Sequence record: MK962758
DNA length: 64,000 nucleotides
Source of the DNA: Shigella phage JK55
Strand: one strand, 5' to 3'
The notes beneath the pieces were generated by a model, which saw only the letters and a program-made list of their open reading frames with translations, was not told the origin of the DNA and made no database searches. Every line of letters begins with the position of its first letter. Position 1 is the first letter of the stretch. Made by a program: the position numbers and the translations under genes. This document shows, piece by piece, positions 8,212 to 16,256 of the stretch.

Positions 8212-8592
8212 ATGAAATATCGTGCGCCTAAATTCATCAACAAAGACAACTTTCGTAGCGTACTGGAGAAGTCACTTGATGAAAATTTCAAAGGTAATGT
8301 GATTGTTGTTCACTCGTTCAATTTTAAGTATGATATCAACGGGAATAAAATCAACCATTACACGGCAACCATGTTAGATGGCACTCTTTCAAGTGAAAAA
8401 ACAATTCTACATGCACTTGCTGGGCGTGGAAAAAACCTGATAAGATGCGATAAGAGACGTTATCAGGGTGGCGCATATGGTTACGATGACGCTATTTATC
8501 ATCTTGAAAATATGGGCTATCAAGTAGAAAAAGCTGGAGTATCACAAATCATCGGGAGCGATGGTTATGTAACAATCTTCAAAATTAACTGA
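8212..8592 (+). CDS. hypothetical small early protein
   Basis: ORF directly behind type-A cassette with GGAG RBS 8 nt upstream. Confidence 0.6.
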   Translation: MKYRAPKFINKDNFRSVLEKSLDENFKGNVIVVHSFNFKYDINGNKINHYTATMLDGTLSSEKTILHALAGRGKNLIRCDKRRYQGGAYGYDDAIYHLENMGYQVEKAGVSQIIGSDGYVTIFKIN

Positions 8593-8600
8593 TAAAGTAC

Positions 8601-8636
8601 TTTACAAGGGGCTTATAGTTCGATAAAGTAAGCCCC
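8601..8636 (+). promoter_or_regulatory. type-B early cassette: TTTACA-17-TAAAGT promoter-like element overlapping hairpin GGGGCTTA...TAAGCCCC
   Basis: -35-like TTTACA 8601-8606, -10-like TAAAGT 8624-8629, 8-bp stem hairpin 8608-8636, then AGATAAAGAGCTTTACCACT..GGAGA..ATG. Confidence 0.5.
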
Positions 8637-8681
8637 AGATAAAGAGCTTTACCACTCAATCCTAAATTGGAGAACTAAAAA

Positions 8682-8939
8682 ATGGCTATTATCAAAAACG
8701 TTGTAGTTACTGCAAAGACTCGCGATGACGCTCGCATTATGGCTAAAAAGTTATGCGGAAAAGTGGTTGACAACGGAAAACAATCTGCTGTAAGATGGGG
8801 CGTAAAGGCTGATAAACAACTAACCTTAAAACGCAGTTCAAACAACCTTTTTAAAGGTGTAAAATCACTCGGTAAAGTGAACGTCTTTACCAAAAAAGGC
8901 TATAAAATGCACTTATCATTAACTGGCAATTTAATCTGA
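8682..8939 (+). CDS. hypothetical small early protein (basic, 85 aa)
   Basis: ORF behind type-B cassette. Confidence 0.55.
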   Translation: MAIIKNVVVTAKTRDDARIMAKKLCGKVVDNGKQSAVRWGVKADKQLTLKRSSNNLFKGVKSLGKVNVFTKKGYKMHLSLTGNLI

Positions 8940-8947
8940 TAAAGTAC

Positions 8948-8983
8948 TTTACAGGGGGCTTAAAAGTTGATATCTTAAGCCCC
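8948..8983 (+). promoter_or_regulatory. type-B early cassette (TTTACA-17-TATCTT; hairpin GGGGCTTAA...TTAAGCCCC)
   Basis: Same architecture as 8601-8636 with 9-bp stem. Confidence 0.5.
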
Positions 8984-9027
8984 AGATAAAGAGCTTTACC
9001 ACTAAATCCTAAACTGGAGATTCAAAA

Positions 9028-9540
9028 ATGAAAACTGTAGACGCTACCTTTGAAGTTGTAAAAGAAAAATTCACCATTATTTATGAAGCTGTCAATTGCT
9101 TTGAAGCAAGCCATAATCTCGATAATTGGGAGTTTACAAACGACCATCAAGGCGGTGTGACTGTTAAAAATCCTAACTGTCAGCATAATGATTTTAAATA
9201 TGCAATCCCTTTGCATTACAGCCTTAAACAGCTTTCAAGTGACTATGCAAAACAAGGCCGCGATAATCCATCGAAAGAGGCTTACACGAGCTTACAGAAA
9301 GAACTAGAAAGAGATTTAGAGGCTTCAGAGTATAACCTTGCCGCGAAAGTTGTGGATGCAAACGGTAACACGGTTTTAGAAAGTTTTTATCTTGGTTATG
9401 CTTTCGATTGGTGCTATCGTGACGGCGATGATTTAGAGGATAGACTAAAAGAAGAGGTGAACAACGCAGACGCAGAATCTGAAGTATTAGAACGTTTGGA
9501 ATCATTGAAAGACTCAGTGATGAATATCTTTAAGAACTAA
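9028..9540 (+). CDS. hypothetical early protein (170 aa, acidic C-terminus)
   Basis: ORF behind type-B cassette. Confidence 0.55.
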   Translation: MKTVDATFEVVKEKFTIIYEAVNCFEASHNLDNWEFTNDHQGGVTVKNPNCQHNDFKYAIPLHYSLKQLSSDYAKQGRDNPSKEAYTSLQKELERDLEASEYNLAAKVVDANGNTVLESFYLGYAFDWCYRDGDDLEDRLKEEVNNADAESEVLERLESLKDSVMNIFKN

Positions 9541-9550
9541 ATAGATTTCT

Positions 9551-9590
9551 TTACACGGGGTTATCAAGCTGGTAGGATAGCCCCAGATAA
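9551..9590 (+). promoter_or_regulatory. type-B-variant early cassette (TTTACA-17-TAGGAT; hairpin GGGGTTATC...ATAGCCCC)
   Basis: Variant hairpin sequence but same positions relative to ATG at 9633. Confidence 0.4.
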
Positions 9591-9632
9591 ATAGATTTAT
9601 CAAATAAAGCCCTTAAACTAGGAGATTCTAAA

Positions 9633-9929
9633 ATGAAATTATCAAATCAAGTGCGTGAAAATTTGAGCAAATTACTCAACAAAATTGATTTCATTGAAAC
9701 ATCAAGGAATAGTCATGATGTTATGGAATGGTTACACGGCAAAATAAAAGGTCGTCGTGTAGTGATTTGCTTATGGAATAGTTGCAGGGAGTATAAAAAA
9801 CCTGTATTGCAAGTCAATATTTACGATGATACTTTTAAAAGCCCTGTAAAGTCTAAAAGCGATTTATTAGAATCTTATGAGATAACTGTAAGTGGCAAAG
9901 TATCACGTAAAGAGGAAACACCATGTTAA
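9633..9929 (+). CDS. hypothetical small early protein
   Basis: ORF behind cassette; 3' end overlaps next ORF. Confidence 0.5.
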   Translation: MKLSNQVRENLSKLLNKIDFIETSRNSHDVMEWLHGKIKGRRVVICLWNSCREYKKPVLQVNIYDDTFKSPVKSKSDLLESYEITVSGKVSRKEETPC

Positions 9930-10255
9930 TGACTGGTATCACTGCAATCATTGCCATTTTCGCGCTATATAAGGCATATAAAGCCTATAATCTAGCAAAT
10001 AAGGCAATCACACAGCAGGTTAGCAATAACCTTGTAGAAAGCTTTCTAGGACGTCTCAGTGATGAGCAAATAAAGCGGCTAGAGATGAGCTTCAGATATA
10101 AAGCGAAAACCTATCAGATAAGTGACATCTTCAAAGATGATTTTCAGCTTGTCGATGATTATAATGCTCTGATAAATGCTTTAAATATCAGTGACTTAAA
10201 AGACTACTACGCTGTAATTGTTCAAGAACTGAGCAAACGAAAAAATTCCTCTTGA
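9923..10255 (+). CDS. hypothetical small membrane protein (N-terminal TM helix)
   Basis: Hydrophobic segment LMTGITAIIAIFALY; start overlaps previous gene; no own cassette. Confidence 0.45.
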   Translation: MLMTGITAIIAIFALYKAYKAYNLANKAITQQVSNNLVESFLGRLSDEQIKRLEMSFRYKAKTYQISDIFKDDFQLVDDYNALINALNISDLKDYYAVIVQELSKRKNSS

Positions 10256-10310
10256 TTTTGGTTTTTAAAGCAAGTAAATTACTAATCAACGGGGAGGAAA
10301 TGACCTCCCC
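10252..10310 (+). promoter_or_regulatory. type-A early cassette (TTGATT-17-TAAATT; hairpin GGGGAGGAAATGACCTCCCC)
   Basis: -35 10252-10257, -10 10275-10280, hairpin 10291-10310 with compensatory stem change relative to other copies. Confidence 0.55.
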
Positions 10311-10343
10311 ACTACATAAAACCCTTAAACTAGGAGATTCAAA

Positions 10344-10616
10344 ATGTATACTACTAACAACGGTCGCACCTTAAACGTAACCCTGCGCCACTATGTGAAC
10401 GGTGTAATGCACTTCGAGGATTTACAAGCCGAACAACATATTCTGAATTGGCAACTTGCAGGGCTGCAAAAAACTGCTACAGGATACGGTAAAAAGATTC
10501 CAACTAGTTGGAAAGTATACTACGAAGGCCGTTTGCGTAGAATTTATCAAGATGTACACAGCAATAGCGCAACAAGTTACATCATGGTAAAAGGTAAAAA
10601 GCTGCATTTAGTATAA
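10344..10616 (+). CDS. hypothetical small early protein
   Basis: ORF behind type-A cassette. Confidence 0.55.
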   Translation: MYTTNNGRTLNVTLRHYVNGVMHFEDLQAEQHILNWQLAGLQKTATGYGKKIPTSWKVYYEGRLRRIYQDVHSNSATSYIMVKGKKLHLV

Positions 10617-10621
10617 AGTAC

Positions 10622-10657
10622 TTTACAAGGGGCTTATAGTTCGATAAAGTAAGCCCC
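10622..10657 (+). promoter_or_regulatory. type-B early cassette (identical hairpin to 8608-8636)
   Basis: AAGTACTTTACAAGGGGCTTATAGTTCGATAAAGTAAGCCCCAGATAAAGAGC repeated. Confidence 0.5.
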
Positions 10658-10702
10658 AGATAAAGAGCTTTACCACTAAATCCTAAATTGGAGAACTTAA
10701 AA

Positions 10703-11107
10703 ATGGCTATTAATAACCGTGAATTATCAATTTTAAAAGCACGTTTGACCGTTAACCGGATTAATGTCATCACGTCATCAGCACCAGATGAAACACTGCA
10801 AAACATTATTGGGAAGATTCAAAGTGTTATCTTAGACGTTGAAAGCGTAAAAAATTCATTGGCTGACGTTGCAGCAGGTATCACACTAGACGGTGCGCAA
10901 TATGAAATGTCCGACATGTTAGGCAAATCTAAGGTAATGAATAAAGAGTTAGATTTGAAAATGTTCCGATTTGCTGTTAAAGTGTGGCTATCTGTCGAGT
11001 ATGATGCTAACTTTGCAATCGCTGACTTTTTCGCCACTTGGTTGCAGCGTAATTTGACTAATCATGACTTCCGCGATATCTGTGATGCAATTTATGCAGA
11101 ACTCTAA
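10703..11107 (+). CDS. hypothetical early protein
   Basis: Start chosen at ATG 10703 (conserved GGAGAACTTAAAAATG context) rather than the track ATG at 10688, which lies within the RBS region. Confidence 0.5.
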   Translation: MAINNRELSILKARLTVNRINVITSSAPDETLQNIIGKIQSVILDVESVKNSLADVAAGITLDGAQYEMSDMLGKSKVMNKELDLKMFRFAVKVWLSVEYDANFAIADFFATWLQRNLTNHDFRDICDAIYAEL

Positions 11108-11116
11108 AAAATTTTG

Positions 11117-11176
11117 TTGACACTGGTTTTTAGATAGATTAAATTACACATCAACGGGGAGGGAATGACCTTCCCC
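11117..11176 (+). promoter_or_regulatory. type-A early cassette (TTGACA-17-TAAATT; hairpin GGGGAGGGAATGACCTTCCCC)
   Basis: -35 11117-11122, -10 11140-11145, hairpin 11156-11176. Confidence 0.6.
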
Positions 11177-11208
11177 ACTAAATAAAGTCCTAAACTGGAG
11201 ATTCAAAA

Positions 11209-11412
11209 ATGGCTATTATTAATGGTTTAACCATTGAAACTACACACATCAAAGATATCAAAGTTGGTGATATAGTCCTTTCCCACGGCGTAGAAAAAAC
11301 TGTCACTGCAAAGGATATCAAAGAGGATTCTTTCATGGGTAGGACTCTCTTCGGTGATTCTTATTGCTTAGGCTATCTTGCAGTTTTAAAAGTTGTCAAA
11401 AATAACAAATAA
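11209..11412 (+). CDS. hypothetical small early protein (67 aa)
   Basis: ORF behind type-A cassette. Confidence 0.5.
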   Translation: MAIINGLTIETTHIKDIKVGDIVLSHGVEKTVTAKDIKEDSFMGRTLFGDSYCLGYLAVLKVVKNNK

Positions 11413-11416
11413 AGTA

Positions 11417-11452
11417 CTTTACAAGGGGCTTAAAAGTTGATAACTTAAGCCT
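11417..11452 (+). promoter_or_regulatory. type-B early cassette (hairpin GGGGCTTAA...TTAAGCCTC)
   Basis: Same architecture; one stem mismatch. Confidence 0.45.
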
Positions 11453-11497
11453 CAGATAAAGAGCTTTACCACTAAATCCTAAACTGGAGATTCAAAA

Positions 11498-12040
11498 ATG
11501 AAATGTTTTCACGGAACTACTCAAGAAAATTTCCTCAACCTGATTAATAACGGTGATAAACCATCAGGCGCATGGAATTGTTCGGATATGGACGGCAATT
11601 TTTACGTGTATCCAGAAAATAAAATCTATGGCGACGATGAGGAAGAGATAACATCAGAAGGCATCCAGCAAGCTCTAGGCAATGCCACTATCACCGCAGC
11701 TTTTCAGATGAAGACTCAAAATATTGTTATCTTAGAACTCGATATTCCAGAGGATGAGCTGAATGACGATTATTATTGTGATAATATGTCGAGTGTAGCA
11801 AGTTTTACAGAGTACTTTGATGTAAATTGGATTAAAAAGGTCTATACAACAGAGTTTAACGCTATGTATTCACCTTTTTGTCTTCCTTCATTGGATAACC
11901 CAAATTTAAACTATCTTGATGAGTCTCTGGAGCTTCTTGCTAAAAGTGTTCAACAGTCGGACAGTATTCAGGTTTTTTGTGACATCATGGACACGCTGAC
12001 AGGAAACATCACAGAAGAGGATTTAAAGAGCTTTTTCTAA
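11498..12040 (+). CDS. hypothetical early protein (180 aa, acidic)
   Basis: ORF behind type-B cassette. Confidence 0.55.
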   Translation: MKCFHGTTQENFLNLINNGDKPSGAWNCSDMDGNFYVYPENKIYGDDEEEITSEGIQQALGNATITAAFQMKTQNIVILELDIPEDELNDDYYCDNMSSVASFTEYFDVNWIKKVYTTEFNAMYSPFCLPSLDNPNLNYLDESLELLAKSVQQSDSIQVFCDIMDTLTGNITEEDLKSFF

Positions 12041-12072
12041 AAACCTACACAATCACCTTATAAACACTGATT

Positions 12073-12093
12073 AGCCCCTTGTAGGGGCTTTTA
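12073..12093 (+). terminator. rho-independent terminator (AGCCCCT-TGT-AGGGGCT + TTTT)
   Basis: 7-bp GC-rich stem, short loop, T-run. Confidence 0.6.
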
Positions 12094-12106
12094 GAGGGCT
12101 TAAATC

Positions 12107-12340
12107 ATGCTAACAACCGTTTATCTCATCCTCTCAATTTGTAATGGCCATTCATGTGACTTTAAAGGGCTTGAAGAGTTTACAGGGAGTAAAGAAAATG
12201 CTATTCAAGTTTGCCAGATAGCAAGGCAAGACTATCCCGCCAGTGATGATATACAATGCTACTTTAAGACAGAAGATGAAGAAGGAATCTATTTCGACAG
12301 CGTTGATGGTCAATATGAAATTATCATTGAAAAAGACTAG
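12107..12340 (+). CDS. hypothetical small protein (77 aa)
   Basis: ORF with AGAGGG RBS; the only gene in the array without a cassette. Confidence 0.45.
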   Translation: MLTTVYLILSICNGHSCDFKGLEEFTGSKENAIQVCQIARQDYPASDDIQCYFKTEDEEGIYFDSVDGQYEIIIEKD

Positions 12341-12397
12341 ACAAGCCTGATAAAAGTCTGTAAATTGTCAATCAACGGGGAGGGAATGACCTTCCCC
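12338..12397 (+). promoter_or_regulatory. type-A early cassette (TAGACA-17-TAAATT; hairpin)
   Basis: -35 12338-12343, -10 12361-12366, hairpin 12377-12397. Confidence 0.55.
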
Positions 12398-12432
12398 ACT
12401 AAATAAAGTCCTTAAACTAGGAGATTCCAAAA

Positions 12433-12774
12433 ATGGCTTATGTAACCGTAATTACCGATAAAGCTGGCGCATCTTGGTCAACTCAGGTTAGTGATAAGAT
12501 GTCGCCTATGCAGTGCCTAAAATACTTTGAACAGTGGAACAAAGGCGAGGACACAAGCCCCTTTCAAGTGATGCAGATTATCCATGTAGACAACGAAGGG
12601 AAGAAAACAACTCTGAATAGTGAGTACTATGCAAGCCGTTTTGAAACGAGAAGTAAAACAATGAAGCTTCTACGTGAATCCGGTTATACCCATATCGCCG
12701 CGTTAATCTGGGATGACCTTCTAAAAAGTCAACGTATCAGCTATGTAAAGCCTGAAAAAATATTCATCAGTTAA
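12433..12774 (+). CDS. hypothetical early protein (113 aa)
   Basis: ORF behind type-A cassette. Confidence 0.55.
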   Translation: MAYVTVITDKAGASWSTQVSDKMSPMQCLKYFEQWNKGEDTSPFQVMQIIHVDNEGKKTTLNSEYYASRFETRSKTMKLLRESGYTHIAALIWDDLLKSQRISYVKPEKIFIS

Positions 12775-12903
12775 TCAATAACTTACAAAAAACTTTTAAA
12801 AAAGTGTTGACAATACCCCTTGACATTGGTAACTTTGTTCGAGGGGGTTTATCTAAAAGGGATTCACTTAAAAGATTCTTTATAGATAAGCTTAAAAAAT
12901 TGC

Positions 12904-12960
12904 TTGCAATCAGCTATCAAAACAAGTAAATTACTAATCAACGGGAGGGATAACCTCCCC
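12904..12960 (+). promoter_or_regulatory. type-A early cassette (TTGCAA-17-TAAATT; hairpin GGGAGGGATAACCTCCC)
   Basis: -35 12904-12909, -10 12927-12932, hairpin 12943-12960 with covarying stem. Confidence 0.5.
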
Positions 12961-12993
12961 ACTAAATAAAATCCTTAAACTAGGAGAGTCAAA

Positions 12994-13524
12994 ATGAACA
13001 AGTTTAAAGCTATCAACTTCATTCGTTCAAATGCTGTAATGTCAAAACCTGTAAAAGACACATACGAATTTCGCTGCAATGGGGTACACTTTGCAACCAT
13101 CACTAAGTCAGAAAACGGGGCTTATTACATTCATCGCCGTAATGTTTCTACTGTTGTAGTCTCTCACTTTATGCAAGCTGTAGCGGAATTATTACCGTTA
13201 TTCTTAGAGATTTACTTAGATGAGTGCAAAAACGTTCGTAACCACGTTAAAAACCTTTTAAACGGTTATAAAATGGCTTATGAACGTTCTATCAAGTCCT
13301 TAAACAAGTTTTATAAAGCCCCTGTAAATACTGTTTCAATGGCTTACAGTGTAAGCGGTGAGTTGGTTAGCCTCTTCGAAGTAGAAGAAATTGAACTATA
13401 TGACTCACGTCCTAGCGGTTACTCTAAGACACTGGGAGAAGGTTTATCTTTCAATATCAAGAACTTAGAAAAAACTTTAAAAGATATTGAAAAAGATATT
13501 GACGAAACAATCAAAAGTCTGTAA
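12994..13524 (+). CDS. hypothetical early protein (176 aa)
   Basis: ORF behind type-A cassette. Confidence 0.55.
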   Translation: MNKFKAINFIRSNAVMSKPVKDTYEFRCNGVHFATITKSENGAYYIHRRNVSTVVVSHFMQAVAELLPLFLEIYLDECKNVRNHVKNLLNGYKMAYERSIKSLNKFYKAPVNTVSMAYSVSGELVSLFEVEEIELYDSRPSGYSKTLGEGLSFNIKNLEKTLKDIEKDIDETIKSL

Positions 13525-13558
13525 ATTGTCAATCAACGGGGAGGGAATGACCTTCCCC
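13499..13558 (+). promoter_or_regulatory. type-A early cassette (TTGACG-17-TAAATT; hairpin); promoter lies inside 3' end of upstream gene
   Basis: -35 13499-13504, -10 13522-13527, hairpin 13538-13558. Confidence 0.55.
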
Positions 13559-13603
13559 GCTAAACAAAACCCTTAATCAACTTCCTAAACTGGAGATTCT
13601 AAA

Positions 13604-13852
13604 ATGGCTACTATCCGCGCAACTGTTAACGAATTTGGCTTCTACTCTCTGGACGTTAAATTTGACCTTGTAGGTACTGATAACGCCTTTGAAATGGTGA
13701 AAGGCCTTATCAGCCAGACCATCAGTGACTACAACCCCTCTGATGAATTCTGGAAAGAAACAAAACAAGAAGCCCTTAAAGATGGTTACACTTATCACTA
13801 TTGGGGCGAAAAAATTGTCTCCCTGTACTACGACAAAAAAGGCACTAACTAA
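13604..13852 (+). CDS. hypothetical small early protein (82 aa)
   Basis: ORF behind type-A cassette; last gene before the non-coding region. Confidence 0.55.
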   Translation: MATIRATVNEFGFYSLDVKFDLVGTDNAFEMVKGLISQTISDYNPSDEFWKETKQEALKDGYTYHYWGEKIVSLYYDKKGTN

Positions 13853-13890
13853 ACGCCGCAACGGGGCTAAATAGCCCCAGATACCTTTAC

Positions 13891-13941
13891 AGCCCCTTTC
13901 CCATATAGATTCGATAGAGTCTATCTCATAGGGGCTTTTTT
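13891..13941 (+). terminator. terminator-like hairpin (AGCCCCT...AGGGGCT + TTTTT) closing the plus-strand early array
   Basis: 7-bp stem with long structured loop then TTTTT; preceded by smaller hairpin GGGGCTAAATAGCCCC at 13864-13879. Confidence 0.5.
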
Positions 13942-14288
13942 ACGTCTTATCAAATCCCTTATACAACCCTTTCCCTTTCCTTTCCAGAATCTTATCAGAC
14001 CTTAAAAGCAATAACTCTATAGCTTACTCTATAGCCTTTTATTAAATCAACTTAAATATAAGCCCATAACCCGAAAGGGAAGGGCAACCATTTAAACGCT
14101 CTATAAAGCCCTATAACGGCCTTATTAACCTAACTTAAGGGATTGCATTACCTCACCCTTAAAAGCCCTTTATAAAGCTTCCCAGAGCCTTAAAAGAATC
14201 TTATAAGGGTATAAGCTTTATTATCTCGTTAGCTATCTTGTGAATAACTAAAAAGGGCTTGTTAGTGTCTTAAAAGTATGTTATAGGG

Positions 14289-14347
14289 GCTTAAAAGTTA
14301 CTTTGAAGTAGCTTAAAAGTTACTTTGAAGTAGCTTAAAAGTTACGT
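14289..14347. repeat. short tandem repeat, about 2.6 copies of 22-bp unit GCTTAAAAGTTACTTTGAAGTA
   Basis: Read directly: ...GGGGCTTAAAAGTTACTTTGAAGTAGCTTAAAAGTTACTTTGAAGTAGCTTAAAAGTTACG. Confidence 0.8.
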
Positions 14348-14389
14348 AAATGCTAGCCCCCTTAACAATTTCTTAACAATCCCTACATA

Positions 14390-15051
14390 GTTATGCTTTT
14401 AAGGCACTTGTTAGCAACTTGTTAGCCCCTTGTTAAATCTCTGTTAAGACCACGTAAAAGCCTTGTAAGAGTCTTTGACATAGCCTTTAAAGCTTCTGTA
14501 AAGCCTTATAAAAAGGTGTCTGTATAGTTGGGCTGTAGATACTAGGAAGAGACTTAAAAGAGCTTACAAGGAGCTATAGAGAGCTTTTAAGAGGGCTATT
14601 TAGAGATTCACTAGGGATTGGTAACAATACCAATTAAGAGGGAAAGGGAACGATAAGAAAAGAGTAGTGACCATGTTAACAACTTGTTAAAAAGATTAAA
14701 CACTTGTTAGGAACTTGTTAATTATCTTAACAAAATAACTCTTAACATTTAACTACTTAGCTCTTGTTAGTCATCTGTTAAGATTCTGTAAAGCCTATTC
14801 AGCAACTGTTAAGATTCTGTTACATCCTTGTTAGTTCTGTTAAGAATCTGTTAAGGCCTTTGAAGATTTGTTAAGAGCTTGAGAGAGTTGTTAAGAGATT
14901 GTTAAGGATATTTTAAAATTTTGCAAAGTACTTGTAAGGGAGTTGTTAAGGGCTACCAAGCAGATATACATCCTAATCAGATATTTTTCAGTTCCTTCAA
15001 AGACCCTAAAAAATGACTTGATAGCTCTATTTTATAAAAATTTTAAGATTC
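14390..15051. repeat. 662-bp tandem direct repeat, copy 1 (iteron-rich)
   Basis: Sequence from 14390 repeats at offset 662; all line-by-line spot checks identical. Confidence 0.85.
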
Positions 15052-15713
15052 GTTATGCTTTTAAGGCACTTGTTAGCAACTTGTTAGCCCCTTGTTAAAT
15101 CTCTGTTAAGACCACGTAAAAGCCTTGTAAGAGTCTTTGACATAGCCTTTAAAGCTTCTGTAAAGCCTTATAAAAAGGTGTCTGTATAGTTGGGCTGTAG
15201 ATACTAGGAAGAGACTTAAAAGAGCTTACAAGGAGCTATAGAGAGCTTTTAAGAGGGCTATTTAGAGATTCACTAGGGATTGGTAACAATACCAATTAAG
15301 AGGGAAAGGGAACGATAAGAAAAGAGTAGTGACCATGTTAACAACTTGTTAAAAAGATTAAACACTTGTTAGGAACTTGTTAATTATCTTAACAAAATAA
15401 CTCTTAACATTTAACTACTTAGCTCTTGTTAGTCATCTGTTAAGATTCTGTAAAGCCTATTCAGCAACTGTTAAGATTCTGTTACATCCTTGTTAGTTCT
15501 GTTAAGAATCTGTTAAGGCCTTTGAAGATTTGTTAAGAGCTTGAGAGAGTTGTTAAGAGATTGTTAAGGATATTTTAAAATTTTGCAAAGTACTTGTAAG
15601 GGAGTTGTTAAGGGCTACCAAGCAGATATACATCCTAATCAGATATTTTTCAGTTCCTTCAAAGACCCTAAAAAATGACTTGATAGCTCTATTTTATAAA
15701 AATTTTAAGATTC
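15052..15713. repeat. 662-bp tandem direct repeat, copy 2
   Basis: Identical to 14390-15051 in every segment compared. Confidence 0.85.
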
Positions 15714-16218
15714 TGAATAATTACCTATACAGTCTTTTAAAAATACAGGTAGAAACAGGCTTATAAGATACCTTGTTAGTACCGTGTTAGACCTTGTGAG
15801 ATAAGGTCTGTAAAGATATTCCTGTTAAGTTTGTTAAAACAGTCTATATAGAGGCTTAGTAATACCTAGTGAACACCTATAGAGAGTATCATAGCTAACC
15901 TAGAGATTAAGAGGTGTATAGGAGCTTCTAAGAGGGTGTAGAGAGATGGTTAAGGTGATTGTATAGGTTGTTAAGAAGGCTTGTTAGAAGAGTGTTTAGA
16001 AGGCTTGTTAGAGGGTTATTTAGAAGGGCTATACAGATGGGCTATTAAGACCACTAGATAGTTACTAAGATACTATATAGTACTATATAACTATATAGAG
16101 AGTAAGATTAAGAAGGTTGTTAAGAAGGATAGATATTTTGTTCACATATGATGGTGACCCAGAGGTTGGGACAACCGATAAAATTTTATAAAAAATATAA
16201 ATTTCGTAAATTTTACTC

Positions 16219-16249
16219 AATAAAAAGCCCCCAATTAAGGAGGCTCTTA
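16219..16249 (-). terminator. rho-independent terminator for minus-strand block
   Basis: On minus strand: GAGCCTCCTTAATTGGGGGCTTTTTATT (stem plus U-run) just after the stop of 16257..16850. Confidence 0.5.
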
Positions 16250-16256
16250 AGATATT

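Larger units (their letters stand above)
13862..16256. other. ORF-free iteron-rich region (candidate replication origin, protein-binding array, or genome-terminus repeat)
   Basis: No ORF of 60 aa or more on either strand across about 2.4 kb; dozens of TGTTAAG / TTGTTAG / CTTAACA motifs at about 10-11 bp phasing; palindromes TTAACAACTTGTTAA and ATTGGTAACAATACCAAT; bounded by convergent terminators. Confidence 0.6.

Noticed and set aside
8117-13603. Possible CRISPR array because of regularly spaced repeats
   Set aside because: Repeats are 60-95 bp, of two different families, separated by 200-540 bp intervals that are clearly protein-coding with their own RBS; each repeat contains promoter-like boxes. 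Not CRISPR.
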